38,696 bases of DNA, taken from positions 1 to 38,696 of the IMG/VR virus record IMGVR_UViG_3300045988_140085. The stretch is one strand, 5' to 3'. Within the stretch, counting starts at the first letter, position 1; every line of letters starts with the position of its first letter. The stretch comes from a virus. A program made the position numbers and the translations under genes. Positions 16,721 through 26,424 of the stretch are shown here, piece by piece. The notes beneath the pieces are model-generated. The model worked only from the letters and a program-made list of their open reading frames with translations, made no database searches and was not told where the DNA came from.

Positions 16721-19054
16721 TTATTTTTTCTTTTTCTTTTCGGGGTTTCTTATCCATGCAAGCGAGGACCCATAAATACCAAAGATACGTTTTTTCCCTG
16801 TCGGTCGGTATACTTGGGTCGCACGTATTGCATCCGCTACTTTACGACCTATGGCCGTGTTCATTTCTTTGCGTTCGTACCCGTAGAACTCTCGTGCTAC
16901 CTCCTGCGTACAAATGTACTCCCGAGGTTTGCCAGTCCATACCTCTTTTTTATCCTCCCAATAATCTTTATGTTCAAACGTTGACATCTCCTCCCAATTA
17001 TCGGGGACGGGCATGTTAAGATAATCGAGCAATGAACCGAGGTCTAAGTCTTCCGCACGATGCACGTTACGCACCTCTCGCGCTTGCTCCTCCGCCTCCT
17101 GCGACAATACGGGCAACACACCTTGTAAATAGTAGTGTACGGCTTCGGCCCAATATTTATCTACGAGATCGAGGAACGAATTGTCGTGCACGCTTATCGT
17201 AATACGCTCCGGATTGCACATCAAACCCCACCAACGCCGACCGTCCTCCGACGGGTCGTCGAGAAAAACGACGTCGTTCGACGAAGCGATAAATACGCAT
17301 TGACGCTTGTACGTCTTTGTGTATTTAAGGTATGCCGAGCGATAGCGATCTTCACCTTTGGTTACGAACGCTTTGCGGCTGTTGGTGGATCGGTTTTGCA
17401 CACCGTTCAACTCGGGTATCTCCATGATCCACACGCCGCGCAACTGCTCGTACGCCTCCTTACTGCCGTTAAACGTGTAGAACGTATCGCTACCCCATAA
17501 CTTCGCCATACGTCGAATGAAACGCGACTTACCAAGACCTTCCTCCGAGACCAACACAGGTATGTAGTCCATCTTTGATGCGGGCATGAACACACGTCGT
17601 ACCGCTCCAACGAAAAACTTTATGCCTACCTCGCGTGAGTACAACGTATCAGCCACACCGAAACAGTCGATAAATATCGTCTCCAAACGTTTCTCGCCGT
17701 CCCATTTAAGCGAGTTAAGATAGTCACGCACGGGGTGAAAAGCGTTTTTATGCTCAACGATGTTCAAAGCATCGTTCAATACGATACGGGAGTCGAACTC
17801 GTATTTTTCCTCGAAATGCAAACGTAGATAACTCTCGTCCACATCCTCCATGTCGATGTACTCCTGCAAGTTCTTACAATCCTCGTTATCCGTACGCACC
17901 TGTGAGGTACGCCAGTAAGGTAGTCTTTTCAACACGGGCATCTCGGAGAACTGATCGTACCCAAATACGTCCCGCACGTCGGGATCGTAGGTGAGGATCA
18001 ATTCCGCGTTTTTCAACGTTTTCGTAAGATTGCCCTTATTGTCTACCTCCAAACGTTCGTTAAGGATCGCTTTTGCTTCCTCGTCAGACATGCTGTCCAA
18101 CGTAAGCCTGTGTGCTTTCCCGCTGTCCGGCTTAATGCCGAGAGAGTCGCAAAGCGCGGCCATCGCCGCTTCACCCTGTTTACCCTCTCCGAACTTGTAT
18201 AGACGCACGGCATCATACGCATTGTGGCACCTACCTAAATAGGGGTCGGACGAGTGATTGGAGTACAAATATTTGTCCTCGTAGATCACACCTCCACCGT
18301 ATGTCGTTGCACCTGCTAACGTGTATCGTCCGTTGTTAGTAGGCAACCAAATATCCGATAGGTATGTATCGATCGCTTCGCGTATCGTATACTTCGAACA
18401 GAATCCACCGATAATGCCGCCCTTAAATTTGGGGTCCTGCACACGCACCTTTGTGGGCACCTCTATACCGGATAGGTCACGCCAGTTTTTAAGTTGTCCC
18501 AGTATCTCGTCTGCGTCCAACGGTTCACCGTCCTCGTGCGCATCGAAGTAGTACTTTGCGTCTTTCGGTACGGACGGCAGGAACATGATACGATTAAAGT
18601 CGAACGTCGACGTGTCGAGGGGCAATTTGAACTGATCGTGTAGTATGCGCATTATTGCGGCATACTCGTCCGCAACTACAATACGAGACAACGGCGCGAC
18701 TACACGATAACGTGGTTCTGTCGGTGTCGAACTGTGGGTCGAATGTATGATATACTGACGACCGTACAGCCATGTGTGCAAACTTTTCAACGTCTCTACG
18801 TCAGCCTCGTCTATGTCTATAACGAGTAACTGACGATACGCTACCTTACGTTTAGTTACAAGCCCTCCTATGAAAAAACCTACGTCCTTTACTTCGACAC
18901 GCTGGGCTTTCGTCATGTCTGAGTACTGCCGCATAGTCTCTTGCGTATATACGACGTCCTTTAGACGTTTGACGATCTCGGGCCACTCCCATTGATATTG
19001 CTGTTGTACGCTTGTGGCCGTACGTTTTGCTCCTAACGCTATGTCATAAACCAT
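16721..19054 (-). CDS. Primase-helicase: N-terminal AEP (prim-pol-like) domain fused to a VirE/VapE-family P-loop helicase
   Basis: LLVIDIDE plus IIHSTHSS...RYRVV (AEP-like motifs). The VirE block is YLNSLKWDGEKRL...VLVSEEGLGKSRF (Walker A)...VFIASSND...RRWW. Confidence 0.85.
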   Translation of the reverse strand: MVYDIALGAKRTATSVQQQYQWEWPEIVKRLKDVVYTQETMRQYSDMTKAQRVEVKDVGFFIGGLVTKRKVAYRQLLVIDIDEADVETLKSLHTWLYGRQYIIHSTHSSTPTEPRYRVVAPLSRIVVADEYAAIMRILHDQFKLPLDTSTFDFNRIMFLPSVPKDAKYYFDAHEDGEPLDADEILGQLKNWRDLSGIEVPTKVRVQDPKFKGGIIGGFCSKYTIREAIDTYLSDIWLPTNNGRYTLAGATTYGGGVIYEDKYLYSNHSSDPYLGRCHNAYDAVRLYKFGEGKQGEAAMAALCDSLGIKPDSGKAHRLTLDSMSDEEAKAILNERLEVDNKGNLTKTLKNAELILTYDPDVRDVFGYDQFSEMPVLKRLPYWRTSQVRTDNEDCKNLQEYIDMEDVDESYLRLHFEEKYEFDSRIVLNDALNIVEHKNAFHPVRDYLNSLKWDGEKRLETIFIDCFGVADTLYSREVGIKFFVGAVRRVFMPASKMDYIPVLVSEEGLGKSRFIRRMAKLWGSDTFYTFNGSKEAYEQLRGVWIMEIPELNGVQNRSTNSRKAFVTKGEDRYRSAYLKYTKTYKRQCVFIASSNDVVFLDDPSEDGRRWWGLMCNPERITISVHDNSFLDLVDKYWAEAVHYYLQGVLPVLSQEAEEQAREVRNVHRAEDLDLGSLLDYLNMPVPDNWEEMSTFEHKDYWEDKKEVWTGKPREYICTQEVAREFYGYERKEMNTAIGRKVADAIRATQVYRPTGKKRIFGIYGSSLAWIRNPEKKKKK

Positions 19055-19069
19055 AGTTGTTTTTTTTTT

Positions 19070-19495
19070 TTACTTCCACACTACTACCATACTCGGAAAC
19101 GGTGCGCTATTTTGCGCGTTGCCGAATTTCAATCTACCTTTTATAAAACGTATTTCTTTCGCTTTATGGTAAATGAAATCGTGAAAATACCGCGTATCGG
19201 TCCGTGCCGGAATAAGGGCTACTACAATCGTATTAGGCTTTTGCGATTCTGTGTAACACTTCTTTACCCATTCTTTTATCGCTTTCCCGTACGGAGGGTT
19301 GCAAAACACGGTCTCCCCCTCCCAGTTTTGTTTCAAACCGTTTTCTACGACCGTGTAGAACTTCTCGCACTTAGCGTTTTCCGCAGTAGCGCACGGGTCC
19401 AACGTAAAACTGAACTCTACGTTCAGTTTATCGAAAAAGTCACGTGGGGTCGCCCATAAATCGGTAGCACTTGAAAACATTACATTAGTATTCAT
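19070..19495 (-). CDS. Phage-type DNA N6-adenine methyltransferase (Dam family)
   Basis: WATPRDFFDKLNVEFSFTLDPCA ... VFCNPPYGK ... ALIPARTDTRYF ... FIKGRLKF gives the full motif order of the phage Dam family. Confidence 0.85.
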   Translation of the reverse strand: MNTNVMFSSATDLWATPRDFFDKLNVEFSFTLDPCATAENAKCEKFYTVVENGLKQNWEGETVFCNPPYGKAIKEWVKKCYTESQKPNTIVVALIPARTDTRYFHDFIYHKAKEIRFIKGRLKFGNAQNSAPFPSMVVVWK

Positions 19496-19503
19496 TCTTT
19501 TTT

Positions 19504-19818
19504 TTACTCTAACACCTCGAACCCCTCTTTACGCACCTTACGAATAGCGTTTTTCAAATTCAACGCTTGAACGTACATGCACCCGTCGCGTACTTGCACA
19601 CGGGTTCTGGTACTGACGCCAATCTTTTTCGTCTTCTCATTATAATGATAAGAGTATTGCGCATCTATCTCGGCTACTTGCACGACCTTTGACTTTGAGT
19701 TATACTCAAACAACGTAAGACCGGGATGGCGTATTACCGTCCCCAAAAATCGGTGCTCCTGCTTTTGAGGCTTGGGCGCGACAACCGCGTCCTTTGTTTT
19801 AAGTTTATCGAGTTCCAT
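19504..19818 (-). CDS. Hypothetical protein
   Basis: 104 aa ORF, tightly packed in the operon. Confidence 0.55.
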   Translation of the reverse strand: MELDKLKTKDAVVAPKPQKQEHRFLGTVIRHPGLTLFEYNSKSKVVQVAEIDAQYSYHYNEKTKKIGVSTRTRVQVRDGCMYVQALNLKNAIRKVRKEGFEVLE

Positions 19819-19819
19819 A

Positions 19820-20014
19820 TTACTTTATATTTCCACGTTGATCTAACTCTCGAAAAATGCGTCTCTCTCCCCAATCGCCGCTAAGTAATTCACATATATG
19901 CACGTCTTTACCGTAACATAATTTGATTAACGAACAGTTATAACACGCATTGTCCCCGTCTATAAAACAAAGGGCGTGAGTGATTCCGCATATGGTTACT
20001 TTTACGTCTTTCAT
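19820..20014 (-). CDS. Small Cys-rich protein, paralog B (CxxC-x5-C-x7-C)
   Basis: 64 aa ORF. Shares MKDV.(I/V)TI.G..H.L and CxxCSL...C.......IC with the adjacent 59-aa ORF. Confidence 0.6.
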   Translation of the reverse strand: MKDVKVTICGITHALCFIDGDNACYNCSLIKLCYGKDVHICELLSGDWGERRIFRELDQRGNIK

Positions 20015-20190
20015 ACACGTTCGAAGTAAAACGATTTGTCGAGGTCTGCCCCGCTCAATTTACAGATCGGATCGGTCCAATCGTTACACACCAAACTCAA
20101 CGAACACAGATCGCAGTCGTGCGCACCGTTTGATTCAGTATATACGAGTTTATGGACCTCGCCGTCAATGGTTATAGTTACGTCTTTCAT
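20011..20190 (-). CDS. Small Cys-rich protein, paralog A, 59 aa (MKDVTITIDGEVHKLVYTESNGAHDCDLCSLSLVCNDWTDPICKLSGADLDKSFYFERV), not in the ORF track
   Basis: Hand translation. Its stop overlaps the ATG of paralog B (ATGA). It fills the gap after the polymerase gene. Confidence 0.6.
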   Translation of the reverse strand: MKDVTITIDGEVHKLVYTESNGAHDCDLCSLSLVCNDWTDPICKLSGADLDKSFYFERV

Positions 20191-20199
20191 ATCGGTTAG

Positions 20200-22251
20200 T
20201 TATTTAATGTATCGGTCAGAATAGAATCCGTCGCCTGTCGTAACAAGACCCGGTGCCCACTCGATGGGCCGCTCCATCTCTTGTATAAGGTTTGCGTACG
20301 CCTCAGCGCCATCGTCGACAAGATACCACACTTCGTCATGGACGGTACCCACACACTTATATGTGCAGTATGCGTTTTGTACGCGACGCATAATATCGAC
20401 CAGTATGTCGCGTGCTATCGCCTGTACAATGTTCTCCGTCAACACTCCGCCCCATAGCTTCGTCCGCACGGCGTGTTCTCCGCCTCGGGAGTAATCGAGG
20501 TAATACAAATCGTGCCGTTCGTCCATGTGCACGCCTTTATAGTATAAGGCACGCCCGCTGGGTAAAGTAATCGAAGCGGTTCGACCGTCATACTTAAAGA
20601 CGAGACGCACGTTATCGACAACGGTTACACGGCATACGCTCGATCTCAAAGATTCACGGAACGCACGCTCCAGCCTACGCCACAAATCGCAAATTTCGGG
20701 GTTTGCTCCACGCCATTTACGCACGATCTCCGTAACTTTTTCAAGCCCTACCGTGCGGAAAAAGTCCGGCGCAACGCGGTCGATTGCGTTCGGACCCCCG
20801 CCAAACCCCAACCCGAGTTCCGCGCACTTACCCATCTGTCGCTCCGGCATACCTTTGTGAACCTCCGGGATGTTGAACATACGCTCGGCTGAACGCGAAT
20901 ATATATCCTCTTTGTTGATGAAAGCGTTCATGCGCCATTTGCATTGCGCAAGCCACGCCGTTACGCGCGCTTCGATCTGCGAAAGGTCTGCACACACGAA
21001 GTCCTTACCCGCTCCGTAGATGCACAAACGCAGATGCTTACGCAGGTGGTCGTAGCTTTGTACCTTGGACAGGTCTGTCGACGTGTCGTCTCCTCCGTGT
21101 GCAAAATTTTGCAACTGCACGCCGCGACTACTCCAGCGGCCCGTGTGGGCGCCGTGTCCTACGAATTCACCATGCAGACGGCCGTCCGGGCAAATTCGCT
21201 CGCGGGCCGTTTTGATCTTCGAAAAGGCGGCCCCGGTGGCTTGATCGCGCAACTCCAAAATAGGGTGCGTGACCCCCTCGCGTGCCTTTTTGTTGAGGGA
21301 CGAGAGTGTCACCCCGCACGAGGCTAAAGCGGCCTGCACCTGCTTCGTAGATCGCAAATTCTCTACGCCGTACAGTCGTCGCGCCTCCTCGCCTGCATCC
21401 GTTGCGTATTTATGCGCGAGTGTCTCGATCTGCGTGGCGAGGTCCATATCGAACGGCACTCCATCGAAGTTCATGTAAAATGTAAACTGCATTACGAAAC
21501 ACTCGATGTTCGGAAGCGGAGACATAATTTTATATGCCTGTCGCATTACCTCCACGTCCGAAACTGCGTACAGTTTGAACAATAAGGTACGTTCGATTTC
21601 GATTATCTCCTGCCCGTATTGCATGACAGATTTTACCATAGGACTGTTGTGCAGACCTTGCACATATTCTAGACACACGCGCAGGTGCTCCGCCGTTTCG
21701 ACGTCCCGCACGTCTTCGTTATATCTGCCTACACTCACCGATTTTTCGAACGACTCCGAAAAACGTTCTTTCATTTCGTTATACTGGGTGTCAGTAGGTA
21801 CGCCGAACAAGTCCATCGAATCGGCGGGTGCGGCTTTCTTTACGGGTTTTGCGTAATGCAACATCTGTTCCGGCGAGGCTTTGGCCTGCGTTTTGAGTAC
21901 GTTGGCAAGAAAGCCCAACTTACGGGGCAAGCCGTAGTATGCCGCAACGTATGCGGTATCATACCAGTCACACAAACGCGTGTCGATACCTAATACATGG
22001 ATCGCAATCGCCGCATCGAACTCGGCATTATGCGCAACTTTTAACGTATCGTAGTCCTCGATTGCTTTGTATACCTCCTCCGGCATTTCACGAGACGTAC
22101 ACGCCGTCTCGTCATTAAACGCCCACGAAATAAGCGTCATTTCCGTAGACGCATGGCGAGCATACCTATGGGACCCGACGTCCTGCACGTCCAACTCCGA
22201 ACGTGTCTCGAAGTCAAGAAACAGAATTTGTTTATAGTTCTTGCGTATCAT
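20200..22251 (-). CDS. Family A DNA polymerase with 3'-5' exonuclease domain
   Basis: ExoI LFLDFETRS; motif A CADLSQIEARV; motif B RQMGKCAELGLGFGGG; motif C GTVHDEV. Start at MIRKNY (ATGA overlap with the upstream gene). Confidence 0.9.
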   Translation of the reverse strand: MIRKNYKQILFLDFETRSELDVQDVGSHRYARHASTEMTLISWAFNDETACTSREMPEEVYKAIEDYDTLKVAHNAEFDAAIAIHVLGIDTRLCDWYDTAYVAAYYGLPRKLGFLANVLKTQAKASPEQMLHYAKPVKKAAPADSMDLFGVPTDTQYNEMKERFSESFEKSVSVGRYNEDVRDVETAEHLRVCLEYVQGLHNSPMVKSVMQYGQEIIEIERTLLFKLYAVSDVEVMRQAYKIMSPLPNIECFVMQFTFYMNFDGVPFDMDLATQIETLAHKYATDAGEEARRLYGVENLRSTKQVQAALASCGVTLSSLNKKAREGVTHPILELRDQATGAAFSKIKTARERICPDGRLHGEFVGHGAHTGRWSSRGVQLQNFAHGGDDTSTDLSKVQSYDHLRKHLRLCIYGAGKDFVCADLSQIEARVTAWLAQCKWRMNAFINKEDIYSRSAERMFNIPEVHKGMPERQMGKCAELGLGFGGGPNAIDRVAPDFFRTVGLEKVTEIVRKWRGANPEICDLWRRLERAFRESLRSSVCRVTVVDNVRLVFKYDGRTASITLPSGRALYYKGVHMDERHDLYYLDYSRGGEHAVRTKLWGGVLTENIVQAIARDILVDIMRRVQNAYCTYKCVGTVHDEVWYLVDDGAEAYANLIQEMERPIEWAPGLVTTGDGFYSDRYIK

Positions 22252-22661
22252 CGTTTTGTAATCTCCTCTATTACTTTGTAAATAAATGCGGATCGCTGTG
22301 CGTACCTGAGTTCGTAATATACCGCATTGAGCAACATACAAGCGTTCTTTACACTCAGTTGTTCCAAAGCGTTCAATTTTGCTTTATCTACGTTATATTG
22401 ACGTTGCGTTTCTTTCCACACCATTACGTTAACAGGGTTGTTCCATGTGGCTACGACGGCCCCGCGGCTATGTATAACCGCGTTGTTCTCGAACTCATGC
22501 GCTACTATTGCACCCGGTACCGCGTAAGGATTGACTTTAGCGTTGTAAAGCACATGCGTACCTTTGGTACTATCGGTCAGATCATCGAGATTATCCAAAC
22601 GTAAGTAATGATACCCGTATTCGTTCCGATACATGTAGCATAAATAACCCATCTCTTTCAT
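22248..22661 (-). CDS. Hypothetical protein
   Basis: ORF. Start moved to MKEMGY, which carries the conserved leader ttaaaaattaaacgtATG. Confidence 0.55.
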   Translation of the reverse strand: MKEMGYLCYMYRNEYGYHYLRLDNLDDLTDSTKGTHVLYNAKVNPYAVPGAIVAHEFENNAVIHSRGAVVATWNNPVNVMVWKETQRQYNVDKAKLNALEQLSVKNACMLLNAVYYELRYAQRSAFIYKVIEEITKR

Positions 22662-22684
22662 ACGTTTAATTTTTAAGAAATTTG

Positions 22685-22734
22685 CACGTTGTGCCGTCCC
22701 GCCCGGCGAGGCTTTCGCCTCTCTATGCAACGTG
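22685..22734 (-). promoter_or_regulatory. Structured intergenic element: outer stem cacgttg/caacgtg enclosing gaggc-gaaa-gcctc (GNRA-type tetraloop hairpin)
   Basis: Read directly in the 128-nt gap between the SSB gene and the next gene. Terminator or processing-site candidate. Confidence 0.4.
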
Positions 22735-22789
22735 TCCCTTTTTAAAAAGGTAAGTCGCCGTTATCGTTTTCGATAGGTGCGCCCGGTTT

Positions 22790-23389
22790 TCAGGCGTATT
22801 CTTCGAGGTCGATATAATCGTCGACGTTGTTCGACGATCCGGCGATACGTTCACCGTCGGCATACTTCACCACAGCGTGAACATTGCAACCGATGCCCTG
22901 CGCGGTGGAGTTGTAATACGTCCAGAACGATACGTTTGCAATGATGTAATCGCCATCCTCCAGACGTTCGTCGGAAAGGTTTTCCACCGACACGTTCGGC
23001 ATGGGCACACCGTTTATAATCATACGGCGTTGCATGTCCGATACCAACGGGCGGAAATTCTTGGACGCTACTTTGAGCATCATATACCCGCGAAACGCTT
23101 CTTTGCCGTCGTTCATATCGGCGAACTCGTCACCGTCAACCCAGCAGTTATTTTTAGGGTTGATCGCTTTCGCGTTCTTGCCTTTGAATCCTTTCGACTG
23201 AAGTTCTGCGAACGCTTCGGCGAAACGGTCGTTGATCTGTTTGACTTTGTCCTCGTCCGTCTTAGGCACGAGGATAATTGCGTTGTACTTGGGGTCGCCC
23301 TCCACACCCTTTACTGCCTTTTTCTCGAAAAGACCTGCGGGGTACACGACACGGCACACGGGTGCGCCCTTAATTTGAAATCTGTCCAT
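22790..23389 (-). CDS. Single-stranded DNA-binding protein, T7 gp2.5-like (DUF2815-type)
   Basis: 199 aa. The N-terminal pattern (YPAGLFEKKAVKGVEGDPKYNAIILVPK) and the acidic aromatic C-terminal tail (NNVDDYIDLEEYA) are typical of phage SSBs. Confidence 0.65.
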   Translation of the reverse strand: MDRFQIKGAPVCRVVYPAGLFEKKAVKGVEGDPKYNAIILVPKTDEDKVKQINDRFAEAFAELQSKGFKGKNAKAINPKNNCWVDGDEFADMNDGKEAFRGYMMLKVASKNFRPLVSDMQRRMIINGVPMPNVSVENLSDERLEDGDYIIANVSFWTYYNSTAQGIGCNVHAVVKYADGERIAGSSNNVDDYIDLEEYA

Positions 23390-23421
23390 ACGTTTAAATT
23401 GTTTAATTGGTTTGAAATGTG

Positions 23422-23853
23422 TTATGCGTTTTTAAGCGCGTTAATGTAGTACTCTTTGAGACGTTTTTGTCCCTCGTCGTCATCCTCCGAGATGAAAATA
23501 TGGGCGAGAGTAAGCACGTTTTTGTCCGTAACGTTCAGCGTTACGCCGTTGCTCACCTCAAACTGCAACATTATGCCTTGCACGAAGACCTGTTCGTGCA
23601 AATCCATGCAGTCTTTTACATAGTCGTGCAGGTCTTTGAGTGCGTCGGCCTCGTCTGCCTCCCCGATCAAGGCCTCCCACAGACCTTTAGACTGTTTGAT
23701 CGTTTCGATCAGTCCGATGACGTGGCAGGCCGTCGATACGTCGGGATTCGGGAACTTTTCGACCGTGTTCCCGATCTTAACCTCCAAAGCGCCGTTTTCG
23801 TACTCAACGAATTTTGCGCTCATAAGAGCGTTCAAATCATAATAGCTTTTCAT
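23422..23853 (-). CDS. Hypothetical protein
   Basis: 143 aa ORF with the conserved leader aattaaacgtATG. Confidence 0.55.
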   Translation of the reverse strand: MKSYYDLNALMSAKFVEYENGALEVKIGNTVEKFPNPDVSTACHVIGLIETIKQSKGLWEALIGEADEADALKDLHDYVKDCMDLHEQVFVQGIMLQFEVSNGVTLNVTDKNVLTLAHIFISEDDDEGQKRLKEYYINALKNA

Positions 23854-23861
23854 ACGTTTAA

Positions 23862-24599
23862 TTAAATTAAAGGATTTATAACGTTAGCGAGTTTACATAA
23901 CTCGACAATACGTTCGGAATGGTTTAAGTAGTAATACGAACTTTTATGCAACAACGTAACCGGGAGTTCGTACCGACGGTCCGGCGTGTAGCCCGCACGA
24001 GTAAAAAGACCAATAAGATACTCTACGTTGCAATGGTTTTGGTAAGACTTACGTCGGTGAAACTCGTCGCGCGGCACCTCGTCCGTGAAAAATAAGTCCA
24101 TCATGTCGCCCGTTGATAGCGTGTTATTACACTCTATATAAATATGATCGAAACGTTTGTCTTTCAACGCACGAATGATGTATTTTTCGTCCACAATTTC
24201 GTTAAAATCGGTAAGCCAAAGGATCGTTTGCGGTTCAGCGTATTCCGACCGTGCACACCTTTGTATCTCGAAGCCCACGCACGGGACGTCATGCCGCAAG
24301 GGGATGATCTTAACGGTGTATTGGAACTCATTGGAACACAGCACTTTAACGTCACCCGGGGTAAGGCTGGAGAATGCCAAGAAAGGCCATTTATGGGCTA
24401 ATCTGTCGGCTGTCTCGGGGGTGCAGTAGGTAGGTAAGCCCCCCACCTTATCGAGGCATTTTGTGTGGTCCGTGTGGTTGTGAGTGAGTAATACATGCTC
24501 CCCTTTGGGCACCTCGGGCCACCCTACGTCAATAATCAGAAAGTCGTCGATTGATGCGGTGTTACCGCTACTACCGGAGTGTACTATATTTACGTTCAT
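23862..24599 (-). CDS. Metallo-beta-lactamase-fold hydrolase (possible nuclease)
   Basis: HxHxDH motif LLTHNHTDHTK near the N-terminus; later His/Asp ligands (RHDVPCVGF, LTDFNE). Confidence 0.75.
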   Translation of the reverse strand: MNVNIVHSGSSGNTASIDDFLIIDVGWPEVPKGEHVLLTHNHTDHTKCLDKVGGLPTYCTPETADRLAHKWPFLAFSSLTPGDVKVLCSNEFQYTVKIIPLRHDVPCVGFEIQRCARSEYAEPQTILWLTDFNEIVDEKYIIRALKDKRFDHIYIECNNTLSTGDMMDLFFTDEVPRDEFHRRKSYQNHCNVEYLIGLFTRAGYTPDRRYELPVTLLHKSSYYYLNHSERIVELCKLANVINPLI

Positions 24600-24602
24600 A
24601 CC

Positions 24603-25079
24603 TTATACGTTTAACTTTGCACCGCTTGCGTTTTCGATCGCTTTGAGGACTTGATCCAATTTGTTGGCGTCACGTTCGGACAAAGCCGTGAACAGGTTTG
24701 TCAGTACCTTACGACGCAAGGCGTGGAATGTAGGATTTGCGAACGCATTAACGAGGTCACGACCGCCCCGTTTCTCGTGCACAACACGGAACTCACGCAC
24801 GTTAAATTCGCTCATATCGTCCCCGTTAGGGAACTCGACACAAACGGTAAACCAGCCTTTGAACCCCGGCAGGCATTCGTCCGGCGACTCGACCCCGGAC
24901 GAAAATACATTGCGTATTAGATCATTGATACCCTCGACGCTACCGCACTCCATGATGGTACGGGGTATATCAGCACACCCGAAACCGTACCCTATATATT
25001 TTAATGGTGTGTAGTACTTGCGCACGCTCGTTTGGATATAATTTGCGTGCACCGTTACCGTTAAGACGATGTTATTCAT
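24603..25079 (-). CDS. Hypothetical protein
   Basis: 158 aa ORF. Confidence 0.55.
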   Translation of the reverse strand: MNNIVLTVTVHANYIQTSVRKYYTPLKYIGYGFGCADIPRTIMECGSVEGINDLIRNVFSSGVESPDECLPGFKGWFTVCVEFPNGDDMSEFNVREFRVVHEKRGGRDLVNAFANPTFHALRRKVLTNLFTALSERDANKLDQVLKAIENASGAKLNV

Positions 25080-25106
25080 GGCTTAATTATGTTAAATTAT
25101 TAGGGC

Positions 25107-25132
25107 CCGGCGGTCCGATCAAAGACCGCCGG
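25107..25132 (-). terminator. Hairpin; sense strand reads ccggcggtc-tttgatcg-gaccgccgg (9-bp stem, 8-nt loop)
   Basis: Read directly in the gap between 25145 and 25079. The loop is identical to that of hairpin 3751..3774, but the stem sequence differs. Confidence 0.6.
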
Positions 25133-25144
25133 ACAAGATGCGCA

Positions 25145-25702
25145 CTACTGGATGCCGTGCGTCTCGGCTATCGCACGCAGGCGGGCCGTTTCTTGCGCTT
25201 TTTGGTAGAGTGCATCCAACTGATCCGCTACGACCGGATAGTGATTGAACGCGGGTCCGCGCTTGCACTCCGTGACAAAACAGCAATAGTTGCCATACCT
25301 CAGACAATACCCACCGCTCTCCACCGTAATCGTCGCACCTTTATCGACCAATTCGGTCCATTGTTTTATGATGTTAATAAACGTTCGCGGTACTTTTTTC
25401 CATCGTGCCGCCTCGCCGATTAATCCGCCCGCACTCGACATCTTTTGTACAAGCCAGTCGATAGTAGGCTCTTTGGGGTATTGGTACGTCTTACTCCCGT
25501 TGCGCGTTTCGATCTTTATACCGGACCGCGCTACGCGCGGGAAATTGGTGTACCAATCATTATACTCCTGCGAAACTTTCGCAGGAAATAGACATACATC
25601 CACACCGTACTCGTCGGATAGCTTTTTAAGACGTTCGTACAAAGCGCGTGATTCCTCGGACGTATCCGGGATTATCGGGTTCCCTTTCTTCGCTACCACC
25701 AT
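25145..25702 (-). CDS. Hypothetical protein
   Basis: ORF. Start moved to MVVAKKG, because the longer N-terminal extension overlaps a better micro-ORF. Confidence 0.5.
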   Translation of the reverse strand: MVVAKKGNPIIPDTSEESRALYERLKKLSDEYGVDVCLFPAKVSQEYNDWYTNFPRVARSGIKIETRNGSKTYQYPKEPTIDWLVQKMSSAGGLIGEAARWKKVPRTFINIIKQWTELVDKGATITVESGGYCLRYGNYCCFVTECKRGPAFNHYPVVADQLDALYQKAQETARLRAIAETHGIQ

Positions 25703-25800
25703 GATATAAACGATGCTATAATAATAACTACTACGATTACATATAGCAACCCTACGCACATAAAGAATAGAATTGCAAAATCTTTTTGGTCTTCCTCCAT
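25693..25800 (-). CDS. Micro-ORF, 35 aa membrane peptide (MEEDQKDFAILFFMCVGLLYVIVVVIIIASFISWW), not in the ORF track
   Basis: TAAGGTATG start context right after the upstream stop. Its TGGTGGTAG end overlaps the downstream ATG. Fills a 100-nt gap. Confidence 0.5.
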   Translation of the reverse strand: MEEDQKDFAILFFMCVGLLYVIVVVIIIASFISWW

Positions 25801-25803
25801 ACC

Positions 25804-26325
25804 TTAATCTTTTGTTACCATCTCCCACGAATCAGTGAGCGAATTGTGTTTGCCGTACTTGGTTGCGGATAGGAACATGGCACCGGGGGTACGTTTTTCG
25901 AACATCTTTTGTGCGCTGTACACGTCCGGTGCTTCTACGCTGGCGTGGTACCCGTTGCAATCCGCAGGATCGGCCTTTGTATAGATTATATCATAGCCGA
26001 ATTTGTCGTACAGTCGCCCAAACTCTTTGTAATGATCCTCTACGATCTGCCGCGCGGCCTCTTTGAGAATGCACACGCGCGTTGAGGGTGTCGAATGCTC
26101 CCCAACTGCATCTAACAAACGGTGGTCCGTGGGGCAGGGCAGTCGGCCCCATTGCGAAATAGACGTCACCCGTGTGTTAAATGCTTCGTCATTCTCCCAC
26201 GCTCGTACCAACTCTTTAGTCGTCCATCGCTCCAATACGATCCGCTTGTGCAAGCCGTTCACGAACTGTGCGAGATACTCGCGGTGCGTGCATTTGTGAT
26301 TAAGATAGTCCTGACGTGTGTACAT
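25804..26325 (-). CDS. Hypothetical protein
   Basis: 173 aa ORF with leader cttaaacactcaaaactATG. Confidence 0.55.
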   Translation of the reverse strand: MYTRQDYLNHKCTHREYLAQFVNGLHKRIVLERWTTKELVRAWENDEAFNTRVTSISQWGRLPCPTDHRLLDAVGEHSTPSTRVCILKEAARQIVEDHYKEFGRLYDKFGYDIIYTKADPADCNGYHASVEAPDVYSAQKMFEKRTPGAMFLSATKYGKHNSLTDSWEMVTKD

Positions 26326-26424
26326 AGTTTTGAGTGTTTAAGTTTGCGGGCAATATCGCCCGGTTCGTGCGTTACGCGGTTTCGCTCCGCCGTGTTGCGT
26401 CTTACGCAAATAACGCTACCCCCT

